Numbered from the stretch's first letter, positions 19,719-32,083 are shown. The stretch is DNA of 64,000 nt from an uncultured Holophaga sp. (GCA_963664825.1 OY761614.1:576001-640000), one strand, 5' to 3'. Notes: generated by a model not told the origin, from the sequence alone. A program made the numbers and translations.

Positions 19719-21686
19719 ATGAACAACGCGTTCCCGAACGATACCTCGCCCATCCTGGTGGCCCTGGGCTCCGAGGCGCGCACCCTGCGCCTCGTGCATG
19801 TGGGCTTCCGGATGGCCCGGGAACAGGGCCGCCCCTGGGTGGCCGTCCACGTGGAGGTGATGGGCTGGGAGACGGCCGAAGAGGCTGACCAGGCCAGGGT
19901 CTGGCTGCAGGAGGCCCATGAACTCGGGGCCGAAGTGACCTGGGTGAAGGCCTCGAGTGTCGTCAATGGGTTGGTGGTGGAAGTCCGCAGGCGCTTGGCC
20001 TCCACCCTCATCATGGGCAAGAGCGCTCCCCAGGGCCTCTGGGGGCGCCTGGAACACTCCAAGGCCCAGGGCATCCTGCGCCGCACGCCGGATCTCCGCA
20101 TCCTGGCCCTGGCCCTCGACGCTTCCACCCCCAAGGGCGAGGCCTTTCAAAGCCTCGAAGACACCATCGGCATCTACCTGGCCATGGCCGTGCTCCTGGT
20201 AGTCTGCACCATTGGAGCCGCGGCCTTCTCTGCGGCCATCGGATTCCCGGCAATCCCAGCCGTCTTCTCCATGGGCGTAGCCTTCGTGGCCTATCGATGG
20301 GGCCGCCGGATCTCCATTCCCGCCACCCTGCTGAGCGCCCTGTTCTACGACTATTTCCTCGAAAACCGCTTCAGTTTCTTCATTGAAGACTGGCTCAAAT
20401 TCTTCTACTTCCTGGGCACCCTCGTCACCGTGCAGGTGCTGGTGGACCTGGTGCGCCGACTGCATCTCGAGACCCGTGCCGGTCGGCGGCGGGAGGCCGA
20501 AACCGTCCTCCTGATGCTCCTGGGCCGAGCCCTGGCCCGGTGTTCCACGATCCAGGAGGTCTCGGAGGTCCTCTCCCGCCGCTTGCAGAGCCTCTTCCAG
20601 TGCAAGGCCAGCCTGCTGATCCCCGGGGAGGGAGACACCTGGATCCGCATGCCGGAATGCACCAACATCCCGGACTGCCCGCCCCCCAGTGAACTCCTGC
20701 CCGAATTCAGCCACGCCTCCACCCGGGAGGATCCCCTGGAACCCCTGTTCCGGGAGGGGTGTTCCTTCGTCTCCCTGGCCAGCACCGGGGGCACGGAAGG
20801 GCTGCTTCGGATGCGGCTGGCGAACGACGCGAAATTCCCCCAGGAGTCCTGGGGTTCCCTCCAGGCCTTCGCCATCCAGGGCACCCTGGCCCTGGAGCGG
20901 GTGCGCTGGGTGGAGGCCGCCCAGAGCGCCCACCTGGAAAGCGAGACGGAGCGCATGCGCAGTTCCCTGCTCAGCTCCATCTCCCATGATCTGCGCACGC
21001 CCCTGGCCGGGATCCAAGGGGCGGCCAGCAGCCTCCTCCTCCCGGCCACCCTGCCCGAATCCACCCGGCGCGACATGCTCTCCATGATCCACGACGAAAG
21101 CGAGCGCCTGGCCCAGCTCATCGGCAATCTCCTGGATATCACGCGCCTGGAGAGCGGAGCCATCCAGCTTCGCAAGGAATGGCAGCCGTTGGGCGAAGTG
21201 GTGGGAGCGGCCCTGCGGCGGGCCGAATCCGGCAGCGGCCTCCAGAATGTCCGGCTGGATCTCCCCGAAGATCTCCCCCTGGTCCCCCTGGACGCGGTGT
21301 TGGCCGAGCAGCTCCTGATCAACCTCCTGGTGAACGCCCGGCGCCATGCCCCCGAGAGCCCCGTGGAACTGAGGGCTTGGCCCGAATCAGAGAGCCTCGA
21401 ACTGGAGATCGCCGATCGAGGCCCCGGCATTCCCCAGGCCTACCGTGAACGCATTTTCGATAAATTCTTCCGACTCCCGGCCTCGACGGCCGGGGATGGC
21501 GGAGTGGGCCTGGGCTTGGCCATCTGCCATGCCATCGCCAAGGCCCACGGAGGGAGGATCTGGGTCGAGGATCGAAGCGGCGGGGGGGCCTCCTTCCGGG
21601 TCTCCCTCCCCCTCACAGGCACGCCCCCCCCGCCCCCGGATTCCGAGCCCCCCCCCGAAGAGGAGTGTCCATGGCCCTGCCCCTGA
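19719..21686 (+). CDS. kdpD: KdpD-like sensor histidine kinase lacking the N-terminal KdpD domain (USP-TM-GAF-HisKA-HATPase)
   Basis: USP-like start ILVALG...WVAVHVE; DUF4118-like TM bundle; ETERMRSSLLSSISHDLRTPL; DRGPGI; GVGLGLAIC. Confidence 0.85.
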   Translation: MNNAFPNDTSPILVALGSEARTLRLVHVGFRMAREQGRPWVAVHVEVMGWETAEEADQARVWLQEAHELGAEVTWVKASSVVNGLVVEVRRRLASTLIMGKSAPQGLWGRLEHSKAQGILRRTPDLRILALALDASTPKGEAFQSLEDTIGIYLAMAVLLVVCTIGAAAFSAAIGFPAIPAVFSMGVAFVAYRWGRRISIPATLLSALFYDYFLENRFSFFIEDWLKFFYFLGTLVTVQVLVDLVRRLHLETRAGRRREAETVLLMLLGRALARCSTIQEVSEVLSRRLQSLFQCKASLLIPGEGDTWIRMPECTNIPDCPPPSELLPEFSHASTREDPLEPLFREGCSFVSLASTGGTEGLLRMRLANDAKFPQESWGSLQAFAIQGTLALERVRWVEAAQSAHLESETERMRSSLLSSISHDLRTPLAGIQGAASSLLLPATLPESTRRDMLSMIHDESERLAQLIGNLLDITRLESGAIQLRKEWQPLGEVVGAALRRAESGSGLQNVRLDLPEDLPLVPLDAVLAEQLLINLLVNARRHAPESPVELRAWPESESLELEIADRGPGIPQAYRERIFDKFFRLPASTAGDGGVGLGLAICHAIAKAHGGRIWVEDRSGGGASFRVSLPLTGTPPPPPDSEPPPEEECPWPCP

Positions 21687-22357
21687 TACTACTCATCGAG
21701 GACGAGGCCACCCTCCGCCGCTTCCTGGCCCCCACCCTGCTCAACCAGGGCTACCAGGTCATCCAGGCCACCACCGGAGCCGAGGGGCTCACCATGGCCC
21801 GCAGCTACAACCCGGACTTGGTGCTTCTGGACCTGGGGCTCCCGGATCAGGATGGCCTCAAGGTGCTCGAAGGCATCCGCTCCTGGAGTCGGCGTCCCAT
21901 CCTCATCCTCTCGGCACGCAATCAGGAGCGCGTGAAAGTCCACGCCCTGGACCTGGGCGCCGACGACTACCTCACGAAACCCTTCGGGGCCCCAGAGCTC
22001 CTGGCGCGGATCCGGGTGGCCCTGCGCCACTCCGTGCAGGACCTCAACCCGGAATTGGTCTTCGATCAGGGAGGCCTGCGGGTGGACTTCGAGCGGCGGG
22101 AGGTGAGTCTGGAGGGGCGCTCCATCCATCTCACGGCCCTGGAATACCGTCTGTTGGAAGCCCTCGTCCAGCGCGTCGGCAAGGTGGCCACCCACGCCCA
22201 GCTGCTGGCCGATGTGTGGGGTCCCAGCGGTGAAGGCCAGAACCACTACCTCCGCATCTACATGGCCCAGCTGCGCAAGAAGCTCGAGGCCGACCCCAAC
22301 CGCCCGAGGTTCTTCCTCACGGAACCCGGGGTGGGCTACCGACTGAATGCAGAGTGA
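21671..22357 (+). CDS. kdpE: KdpE-like OmpR-family response regulator
   Basis: LLDLGLPD, GADDYLTKPFG, HYLRIYMAQLRKKLEADP.RPR..LTEPGVGYR; overlaps kdpD end. Confidence 0.92.
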   Translation: MALPLILLIEDEATLRRFLAPTLLNQGYQVIQATTGAEGLTMARSYNPDLVLLDLGLPDQDGLKVLEGIRSWSRRPILILSARNQERVKVHALDLGADDYLTKPFGAPELLARIRVALRHSVQDLNPELVFDQGGLRVDFERREVSLEGRSIHLTALEYRLLEALVQRVGKVATHAQLLADVWGPSGEGQNHYLRIYMAQLRKKLEADPNRPRFFLTEPGVGYRLNAE

Positions 22358-22488
22358 GGGGGTTCATACCGGGAGTGCACCTTCATTTACGGGAACTCAC
22401 CGACACGTGGCGTTCCAGCCTCCAGCGCTGGGCGATGAGGGAGGTTTCTACAGAATCCTGGCGCCAAGCAAGGGGGAAAGCCCTCTCC

Positions 22489-22989
22489 TCACCCGAGGAG
22501 ATTCAGGGTGCTGGAGGTCTGGGTAGCCTGAGCCGAGGCAATGGCCGAACTCGCGGAACTATCCGTACTGCTGGAAGTCGTGCTCAGCTGATAGCCGTAG
22601 GCGACCAGGGCCGTGGCGATATTGGAGTTGATCGCCGCACTGGAGAAGCCGAGAAGCCCCTTGGAGGACGATCCCAGGCTTTGGAGGAGGCTGGAGGCCG
22701 AGGAGGAATCCAGCCCTCCGACCGATACAGAGGAGAGATCCAGGCTCGTGGCGGTGGAGCCCTCCGTCACGGAGGCCGAATAGACGCCACTCACCAGGGC
22801 GCTCAGGCTTCCGCTGCTCCCGGCTGCGGTGGAAAGGGCATCGGCTTTGGGCAGGAGATCGCTCACCGAGGAGCCACTCCCACTGTAGGCGGTAGTCAGC
22901 GCCTGCAAGACAGCGCTGGATTGCCCGCTGCTCTTGAGGGTGGTCTGGTAGTTGTAGAGGTTCAGTGCGCTCGCCACTGAGACATCCAT
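22489..22989 (-). CDS. Ser/Ala/Thr-rich low-complexity hypothetical protein
   Basis: GAGGTG SD before ATG; coherent codon bias; ends STLNLLG. Confidence 0.7.
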   Translation of the reverse strand: MDVSVASALNLYNYQTTLKSSGQSSAVLQALTTAYSGSGSSVSDLLPKADALSTAAGSSGSLSALVSGVYSASVTEGSTATSLDLSSVSVGGLDSSSASSLLQSLGSSSKGLLGFSSAAINSNIATALVAYGYQLSTTSSSTDSSASSAIASAQATQTSSTLNLLG

Positions 22990-23049
22990 GGAGGCACCTC
23001 GTGCTTTCTTTATCGGCCGAGGAGGGACATTCCTGGAGTAACAAAGGAG

Positions 23050-23083
23050 GAAAGCCCAAGGTCCCTTTAGACCTTGGGCTTTC
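23050..23083 (-). terminator. Terminator hairpin after the 23126-23710 gene
   Basis: Perfect 14-bp stem GAAAGCCCAAGGTC/GACCTTGGGCTTTC, 6-nt loop, then CTCCTTTGTT on the minus strand. Confidence 0.75.
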
Positions 23084-23125
23084 ATGGGGCGCCTCCTGGG
23101 ATTCAAGTAAGACCAAGGGCCCCAC

Positions 23126-23710
23126 CTATCGAAGGGAGGATTCCGGCGTGCCCAGGACGACGATCCGGGCCAGGCCTTCGAAGAGCGGCAGGCTGGCCTT
23201 GCGGCTGTACGTGATGCCCGCGGGCAGGTTCACCGTCACCGTGCCGATGTTCTGATCGGTCACCAGCACCTCACCGTTGGTGCCCTCCCCCAGGCAGAAC
23301 ACGGCGCCCTGGGCCAAGGACTTGGGTGTCGTCCCAACCGCAGGGATGCCGCGCTGGGCGAGACTGTGGATGGCCACCGTGGCACCTATGGAACCATCGC
23401 CAGCCATCCGGTCCTTGGGCAGCAGCACCAGGAAGTGGGCCTGATGACTGGCCAGCATCTGAGCGCCCCGCTGGGCTTGGTCGGTGCTACGGATATCGGC
23501 GATCGTGAGGGTGGCCTCGGGCCCCGCGGCCCGGGCCAGATCTTCCACCTGCGCCCGGCTGAACCGGTAATCGCAGATCACGCCGAGATGGGTCTTCTCC
23601 GGCCAGATCGTCTTGGTCACCTGCATCAGGGAGGAGAAGTCTTCGGCCTGGAGGCCCAGGCCCCCGAGGAGCAGCGCTACTGCGCCAAGGGTCTTGGAGA
23701 GGGTGAACAT
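23126..23710 (-). CDS. Secreted hypothetical protein
   Basis: Signal peptide ending LQA; AGGAGA SD; alpha/beta alternation. Confidence 0.75.
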   Translation of the reverse strand: MFTLSKTLGAVALLLGGLGLQAEDFSSLMQVTKTIWPEKTHLGVICDYRFSRAQVEDLARAAGPEATLTIADIRSTDQAQRGAQMLASHQAHFLVLLPKDRMAGDGSIGATVAIHSLAQRGIPAVGTTPKSLAQGAVFCLGEGTNGEVLVTDQNIGTVTVNLPAGITYSRKASLPLFEGLARIVVLGTPESSLR

Positions 23711-24010
23711 GGCATCTCCTGTGGAAAGGCCCTCCGAGTGGAGGGGAGGCTTGGGGAAAAGAGGAAGGCCTCAGGGCCGCACCTCTCGAGCCTTCAGGTT
23801 GGCGCCCCAGGGGGCTTCCACCATGCCTTCGCGCTTATCCGTTCAAACGGCGTTTCCATAGGGCTTACGAAGGCCTGATCAGACCCTGGTCATCCCGGGA
23901 TCAGACTTCAGGTAAAAAGAGACGCCCATAGCTCGAGCACTCCTATATTTCTGGGTGCGTCCAGGACGGCATTCCGGATTCCTGAAGAGGTGGGTCCTGA
24001 TCGCAGATCC

Positions 24011-25951
24011 ATGATGGTCAACACTTCCCAGCATGTTCGCTATCGTTTCGCGGATTTCGAATTGCGCGAGCATTCCGGTGAACTGCGACATGGGGAGGAG
24101 CTCCTCCGACTCCCGGAGCAGGCCTGGGATGTGCTGCTCGCCCTGCTCAGGGCCTCGGGAGATCTGGTCACCCGGGAGGAACTGAGGCAACAATTGTGGC
24201 CAGACCGGACCTTTGGCGATTTCGACGGAGGGCTCAATGCCGCCGTGCGAAAGCTCCGTCGAGCCCTGCATGATGACGGGGCGGAGCCTCATCTCATCGG
24301 GACCCTCCCCAAGCACGGGTATCGGATGCTCGTCACCGTGGAGGCCCAGGAGGAGGCTTCCCCGAGTGCCGCCCCCCTTAGTCCCAGCGCCGAGGATGCG
24401 CCCCCCAGGCCTGCACGCCCCGCCTTCGCCCGTTTCCTGTGGGCCTGGGCAGCCATGCTCGCGGTGGCCTCCGGCCTCGGACTGTGGGCCATTCGCGCTC
24501 AGAACGACCGGAAGATGGCACCCGTCAGGATCCATTCCATCGCGCTCCTGCCCCTGGCCAACCCCAGCGGGGACCCGGCCCAGGATTACCTGGCCTCAAG
24601 CCTCACCGAGCACCTGATCCAGGAGTTGGCCCTGCGCCGCGATATCCAGGTCGCCCCCTTCGCGGCTGTGGCCTCCCTTCGCCAACAGCGGGTGCTCCCC
24701 GGGGAACTCTGTCGCCAACTGGGGGTGGAGGCCTTCGTGGAGGGTTCCGTCCAACGGGAAGGCGGCCGCTTGATCCTCCATCTCAGACTCGTCCCTGCCC
24801 ATTCAGGCCTGGCGACCTGGGCCCAGACCCTCGATATGCCCTGGCAAGATATCAGTGATGTCCCTGCGGCCGGGGCCTCCCAGCTCGCCCGGGGGTTGCA
24901 ATTGCCCTCCAACCCCAGCCGAGTGGCGGGGGGATCCCGGGATGCCGAAGCTACGGCGGCTTACTGGGAGGCTCGCTACGAAGTCTCTCTGCTGAATTCC
25001 AGTGGCATCGAAAAGGCCCTGGCCCTGTACAGGCGGGCCACCCAGAGGGATCCCCGCTTTGCTTCCGCCTACGGAGGCCTGGCCAGCGCGGAACTCTGGC
25101 GGGGGCTCCTGGACAGGTCCGTGACCGATTCGGCCCTGGCGGAATCCTACCGCTACGCCACCCGCGCCCTGGAACTCGAGCCCTCCTGCGGTGAAGCCTA
25201 CCTCGCCCTGGCGTTCATCCACTGGCTCCACGACTGGGATTTCACCGCCGCGGAAGCCAATTTCCAGAAGGCCCTGGAGGCCAATAAGGGTTCGGCCCAG
25301 ATCCACGCAGCCTACGCGTCCTATCTCTTTTCCCGAGGCCGAAGCAGCGAGGCCGAACCCCATCTGGTCCTGGCGCAATCCAACGCCAAGGGCGATCCGG
25401 TCGTGGCCATGGACGTGCTCCGGTGCTACACCCTGGCGAGGCGCCCTCAGGAGGCCATCGCCTTCGGACGTTCCATCCTGGCGGCACGGCCCCACTCGGC
25501 CTGGGCTCAAGGGCACATTTTCGAGGCCTGCGTGGCCACGGGCAAGACAGGAGAGGCCATCGAAGCCAATCTGGCCGCCGTGGCCGATCTGCCGGAACTC
25601 GCGAAGCACCTGAAGGGGCTGCGGCACAACAACGATCTGAAGACAATGCTGCGCCGGGAAGCCACCTGGAACGAGGCCCGCCATGCCCGAGGACGCCCCT
25701 TCGAGGGACCCGGCGTGGTGGCCTACCTGTGGGCCGCCCTGAGGGAGAGGGATCGGGCCCTGCGCTGGCTGGAAAGGGCCGTCGAAGTCAAGGACTACGA
25801 CGCCCTCTTCGTCCTGCGCTACCCCTACTGGGATGCCTTCCAGGGCGATCCTCGCTTCGAGAAGCTCCTCCAGCGCATGGGCATACGAGGAGATGCCCGG
25901 ATCCCGACGCGCAGGGTTCAGGCACCCTGGGCCGCCGAGGGCCAGGGATGA
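24011..25951 (+). CDS. Membrane-anchored CadC/ToxR-like regulator: OmpR-type winged helix, TM, TolB-N-like domain, TPR repeats
   Basis: YRFADFEL, LVTREEL..LWP, LNAAVRKLRRAL.D, TLPKHGYR; TM; SIALLPLAN; TPRs; DPRF tail. Confidence 0.9.
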   Translation: MMVNTSQHVRYRFADFELREHSGELRHGEELLRLPEQAWDVLLALLRASGDLVTREELRQQLWPDRTFGDFDGGLNAAVRKLRRALHDDGAEPHLIGTLPKHGYRMLVTVEAQEEASPSAAPLSPSAEDAPPRPARPAFARFLWAWAAMLAVASGLGLWAIRAQNDRKMAPVRIHSIALLPLANPSGDPAQDYLASSLTEHLIQELALRRDIQVAPFAAVASLRQQRVLPGELCRQLGVEAFVEGSVQREGGRLILHLRLVPAHSGLATWAQTLDMPWQDISDVPAAGASQLARGLQLPSNPSRVAGGSRDAEATAAYWEARYEVSLLNSSGIEKALALYRRATQRDPRFASAYGGLASAELWRGLLDRSVTDSALAESYRYATRALELEPSCGEAYLALAFIHWLHDWDFTAAEANFQKALEANKGSAQIHAAYASYLFSRGRSSEAEPHLVLAQSNAKGDPVVAMDVLRCYTLARRPQEAIAFGRSILAARPHSAWAQGHIFEACVATGKTGEAIEANLAAVADLPELAKHLKGLRHNNDLKTMLRREATWNEARHARGRPFEGPGVVAYLWAALRERDRALRWLERAVEVKDYDALFVLRYPYWDAFQGDPRFEKLLQRMGIRGDARIPTRRVQAPWAAEGQG

Positions 25952-26067
25952 AGGCCTCGGATGGAACGCATCTCCTTTCACCGGTAAACTAGTGGTTTCG
26001 GCTTTCCCAGAGGCGCGAAGCGCGCGCAAGCGCGCCCACCCCTTAGAACTTCTTGATCGGAATCCTC

Positions 26068-28767
<2,700 letters not shown>

Positions 28768-28794
28768 ATTACCTGAACCCCTTGGAGTGGCTCC

Positions 28795-29193
28795 ATGGAA
28801 TTCGTCGAGTGGACCGAACGTTTCAACACCGGCAACCCGCTGGTGGATGCCTATCACCAAGTCTTCTTCCAGATGGTCAAGGAGTTCGGCGCGAGCCTCC
28901 AGCAGGAGAACCCTGCGCCCATGGCCGATCGCATCGCCTTCCTGGTGGACTACACCTTCATGCACTTCGATTCCGAGGAGCGCCTGATGGAGCGCGCCGC
29001 CTACCCGGACCTGGCCGCCCACCGGGAGATCCACGCCCGCTTCAGGGAGCGCGTGGAGGCCGTCCACAGGCAATTCCAGGAAAACCCCAGCACATTCAGG
29101 GCCGAAGAGGTGCTCTCGCTGGTGCAGGACTGGTTCGCCCATCACATCCTGGGCGAGGATATGCGGTTCAAGCCCTGGGTGCTGGGGAACTGA
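28795..29193 (+). CDS. Bacteriohemerythrin
   Basis: W...F.TG..VD..H, HF..EE.LM....YP...H...H, W...HI..ED di-iron ligands. Confidence 0.93.
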   Translation: MEFVEWTERFNTGNPLVDAYHQVFFQMVKEFGASLQQENPAPMADRIAFLVDYTFMHFDSEERLMERAAYPDLAAHREIHARFRERVEAVHRQFQENPSTFRAEEVLSLVQDWFAHHILGEDMRFKPWVLGN

Positions 29194-29269
29194 AATCGGT
29201 TTCCCTGCCGCCTCAAGGTTTCAGCGCAGGGGGGCAAGCCTCGCAATACAATGGTCGTCGGCCCCTTCC

Positions 29270-31372
29270 GTGAGGATTTCCATGCAACTCCTTGGCACCG
29301 CCGCCCTCATCATCGCCTCCATGACCACTCCCGTATTCGCAGGCCCCACCGCCCCCGTCCACGCGACAGCGAAAGTCGAACTCGGCGCCTCCATGAAGCG
29401 ACTGGAGGGCGAACTGGTGCAGAAGCATGGCGAGGGCCAGCGCCCGCGCATCCAGCGCGGATTGAAGCAGGCCTCGGCCTTCTGGAGCGCCCAGGACGGG
29501 ACGGCGGCCGATTTTGAGGTGTTTGCTCTCGCCCACTTCGCCCCCGAGGGGCCTGCCCTGGATGGCCTCTTCCAGCGCATGGAATTCGCGTTGGAGAGCC
29601 TCAATGGCCACATGGCGGAGATCGGCCGGGACTTCAAGTGGAACTCGGATCTGGATCTGGGACCCATGCTGCCCGTGGACGAGATTCTCTCCGGCTACGA
29701 CGCCAGCTCCCATTTCCTGGATGACGCCTTCGCCAACAAGCTGGCCTTCGCCGTCCTGCTCAACTTCCCCATGTCCACATTGGAAGAGCGCCTGAAGGAG
29801 GGCGAAGGCTGGACGCGCCGCCAGTGGGCCGAGGCGCGGCTCGTGGACCTCTTCGCCAAGCGCATCCCCGCCGAGGTCAATCTCGCCATCGCCGACGCCT
29901 CGGGCCAGGCCGAGCGCTACATCGCCTCCTACAACATCTGGATGCACCACCTCCTCAACGACCAGGGCCAGCGTCTCTTCGAGCCCGGCAAGCGCCTGCT
30001 CTCCCATTGGAATCTCCGGGACGAGCTCAAGAGCCGCTACGCCGAAGGCAAGGGAGGCCTGGAACGCCAGCGCATGATCCAGAAGGTGATGGAGCGCATC
30101 GTCACCCAGACCATCCCCGCTTCCGTCATCGATAGCCCCTTCCTGGACTGGAATCCCTTCACCAACGCAGTCCAGGTGGCCGCCGCGAAGGACACCGACG
30201 CCCCTGCGCCGAAGGATCTTCAGATCAGCAACGCCCCCGAGCCCGATACCCGCTACAAGGTGCTGCTGGACTGCTACAGGGCTGTCCGGAAATCCGATCC
30301 CTACAGCCCCACGGCCCCCACCCACATCTTCCGCAGCTACGAAGAGGGCCGTCAGATCCCCGAGGCCCGGGTGGTGAAGATGCTGGAGGATGTGCTCTCC
30401 AGCCCCCGGGTGAAAGAGGTGGCCAAACTCATCGAGAAGCGCCTGGGCCGCAAGCTGGAGCCCTTCGACGTCTGGTTCAACGGCTTCCGCCCGGGCGCAA
30501 GCCTCGACGAATCCAAGCTGGACGCCCTCACACGCGCCAAATACCCAACGGCCAGCGCCTACAAGAAGGACATGCCAAACCTCCTGAAGGGCCTGGGCTT
30601 TTCAGATGAACGTGCGCAATGGCTGGCCAGCCGCATCGAGGTCGATCCCGCAAGGGGCAGCGGCCACGCGCTGGGCGCCCAGCGCCGGGGCGATAACGCC
30701 CATCTGCGCACCCGGGTGGGCAGGGACGGCATGGACTACAAGGCCTTCAATATCGCCGTCCACGAAATGGGCCACAACGTGGAACAGACCTTCTCCATGA
30801 ACAACGTGGATCACTGGCTGCTCAACGGCGTGCCCAACACCGCCTTCACCGAGGCCCTGGCCTTCGTCTTCCAGGCCCAGGACCTGAGGCTGCTGGGCCA
30901 GCCCGCCCCCAACGCCCAAGCCCTCGCCGAAAAGACCCTCAACGACTTCTGGATGATGTATGAGATCGCGGGCGTGGGGCTGGTGGATAGCGCCGTCTGG
31001 CACTGGATGTACGAACATCCGGAGGCCACGCCGGGACAACTCAAGGAGGCCACGCTTCAGATTTCACGGGAGATCTGGAACCGCTACTACGCCCCCGTGC
31101 TGGGCCAGAAGGACTGTGTGCTGCTGGGCGTCTACAGCCACATGATCCACAGTTTCCTCTACCTGCCCGACTACCCCATCGGCCACATGATCGCCTTCCA
31201 GATCGAACACCAGATCGAGAAGACCGGTCGGCTGGGCGAAGAGTTCGAACGCATGGCCACTCAGGGGCGCCTCACGCCCGATCTCTGGATGATGAAGGCC
31301 ACGGGTCGCCCCGTGGGCCCCGAGGCCCTGCTGGAAGCCACGGAGAAGGCACTGAAGGTCATCGAGAAGTAA
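29270..31372 (+). CDS. Secreted putative zinc metallopeptidase (gluzincin-like)
   Basis: Signal peptide; AVHEMGH (HExxH) with downstream FTEALA Glu; YLPDY. Confidence 0.7.
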   Translation: MRISMQLLGTAALIIASMTTPVFAGPTAPVHATAKVELGASMKRLEGELVQKHGEGQRPRIQRGLKQASAFWSAQDGTAADFEVFALAHFAPEGPALDGLFQRMEFALESLNGHMAEIGRDFKWNSDLDLGPMLPVDEILSGYDASSHFLDDAFANKLAFAVLLNFPMSTLEERLKEGEGWTRRQWAEARLVDLFAKRIPAEVNLAIADASGQAERYIASYNIWMHHLLNDQGQRLFEPGKRLLSHWNLRDELKSRYAEGKGGLERQRMIQKVMERIVTQTIPASVIDSPFLDWNPFTNAVQVAAAKDTDAPAPKDLQISNAPEPDTRYKVLLDCYRAVRKSDPYSPTAPTHIFRSYEEGRQIPEARVVKMLEDVLSSPRVKEVAKLIEKRLGRKLEPFDVWFNGFRPGASLDESKLDALTRAKYPTASAYKKDMPNLLKGLGFSDERAQWLASRIEVDPARGSGHALGAQRRGDNAHLRTRVGRDGMDYKAFNIAVHEMGHNVEQTFSMNNVDHWLLNGVPNTAFTEALAFVFQAQDLRLLGQPAPNAQALAEKTLNDFWMMYEIAGVGLVDSAVWHWMYEHPEATPGQLKEATLQISREIWNRYYAPVLGQKDCVLLGVYSHMIHSFLYLPDYPIGHMIAFQIEHQIEKTGRLGEEFERMATQGRLTPDLWMMKATGRPVGPEALLEATEKALKVIEK

Positions 31373-31408
31373 TCAGGCCCCTTCCCAGCCTGGAAGCCCA
31401 AGGCAGGG

Positions 31409-32083
31409 CTACATCGCCGGATTCCGGTGTTCCGGTTCGGCCATCAGCAGTCTGTTCTTGGGCGTGATATCCCCGGGGATCAGCTGCGTGCAGACCCGGT
31501 ACCCTCGAGCCCGCAGTCGGGATACGCGGGTGACATCCATGGCCAGCGGACCCTCCAGCCATCCCTCCAGGCCGCCGAGATCCCCGGTCTTGAGGTCGTG
31601 GCAGCAGGGCAATACCGCAACGCGGGCCCCCACGTCCACCGCTCGCTCCAGGATCAGATCGGTCAACCCGCCGCAGGCATGCGCCGATACGACCAAGTCA
31701 TCGCGCTGCAGGGACACGTTCCTCAGATCCGTCTCGATGAAGCGAACCCGGTCCCGCAGGCGCGGCCATTCGGCCCCCAGCGCCGCCTCCAGGGTCGCAG
31801 CACTCTTGGGAATTCTCTGATCGACAGCCAGGGCCACCGGAGAGCTATCGTCCAGCAGCAGGAGGATCTGCGCCACCAGACCATGGCCGCAGGCCAGATC
31901 CACGATGCGCCCACCCCTGAAGCGGCGCCGCACCCGCCGCGCGACCTCCCAGGCTTCAAAGAGTTCCTTGCGCGGCAGGCAATGGGCACGGCAGACGGCC
32001 CTGCCGATGGCATCGAAAAGCGTCTCTCCGGCAAATACAGGGAGGAGTTGTTCCGTGAGCCGACTGCGCGAAGATCGATCCAT
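31409..32083 (-). CDS. SAM-dependent methyltransferase (Methyltransf_32-like)
   Basis: VDLACGHG, HACGGLTD, LPCCH, TPKNRLL. Confidence 0.88.
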   Translation of the reverse strand: MDRSSRSRLTEQLLPVFAGETLFDAIGRAVCRAHCLPRKELFEAWEVARRVRRRFRGGRIVDLACGHGLVAQILLLLDDSSPVALAVDQRIPKSAATLEAALGAEWPRLRDRVRFIETDLRNVSLQRDDLVVSAHACGGLTDLILERAVDVGARVAVLPCCHDLKTGDLGGLEGWLEGPLAMDVTRVSRLRARGYRVCTQLIPGDITPKNRLLMAEPEHRNPAM

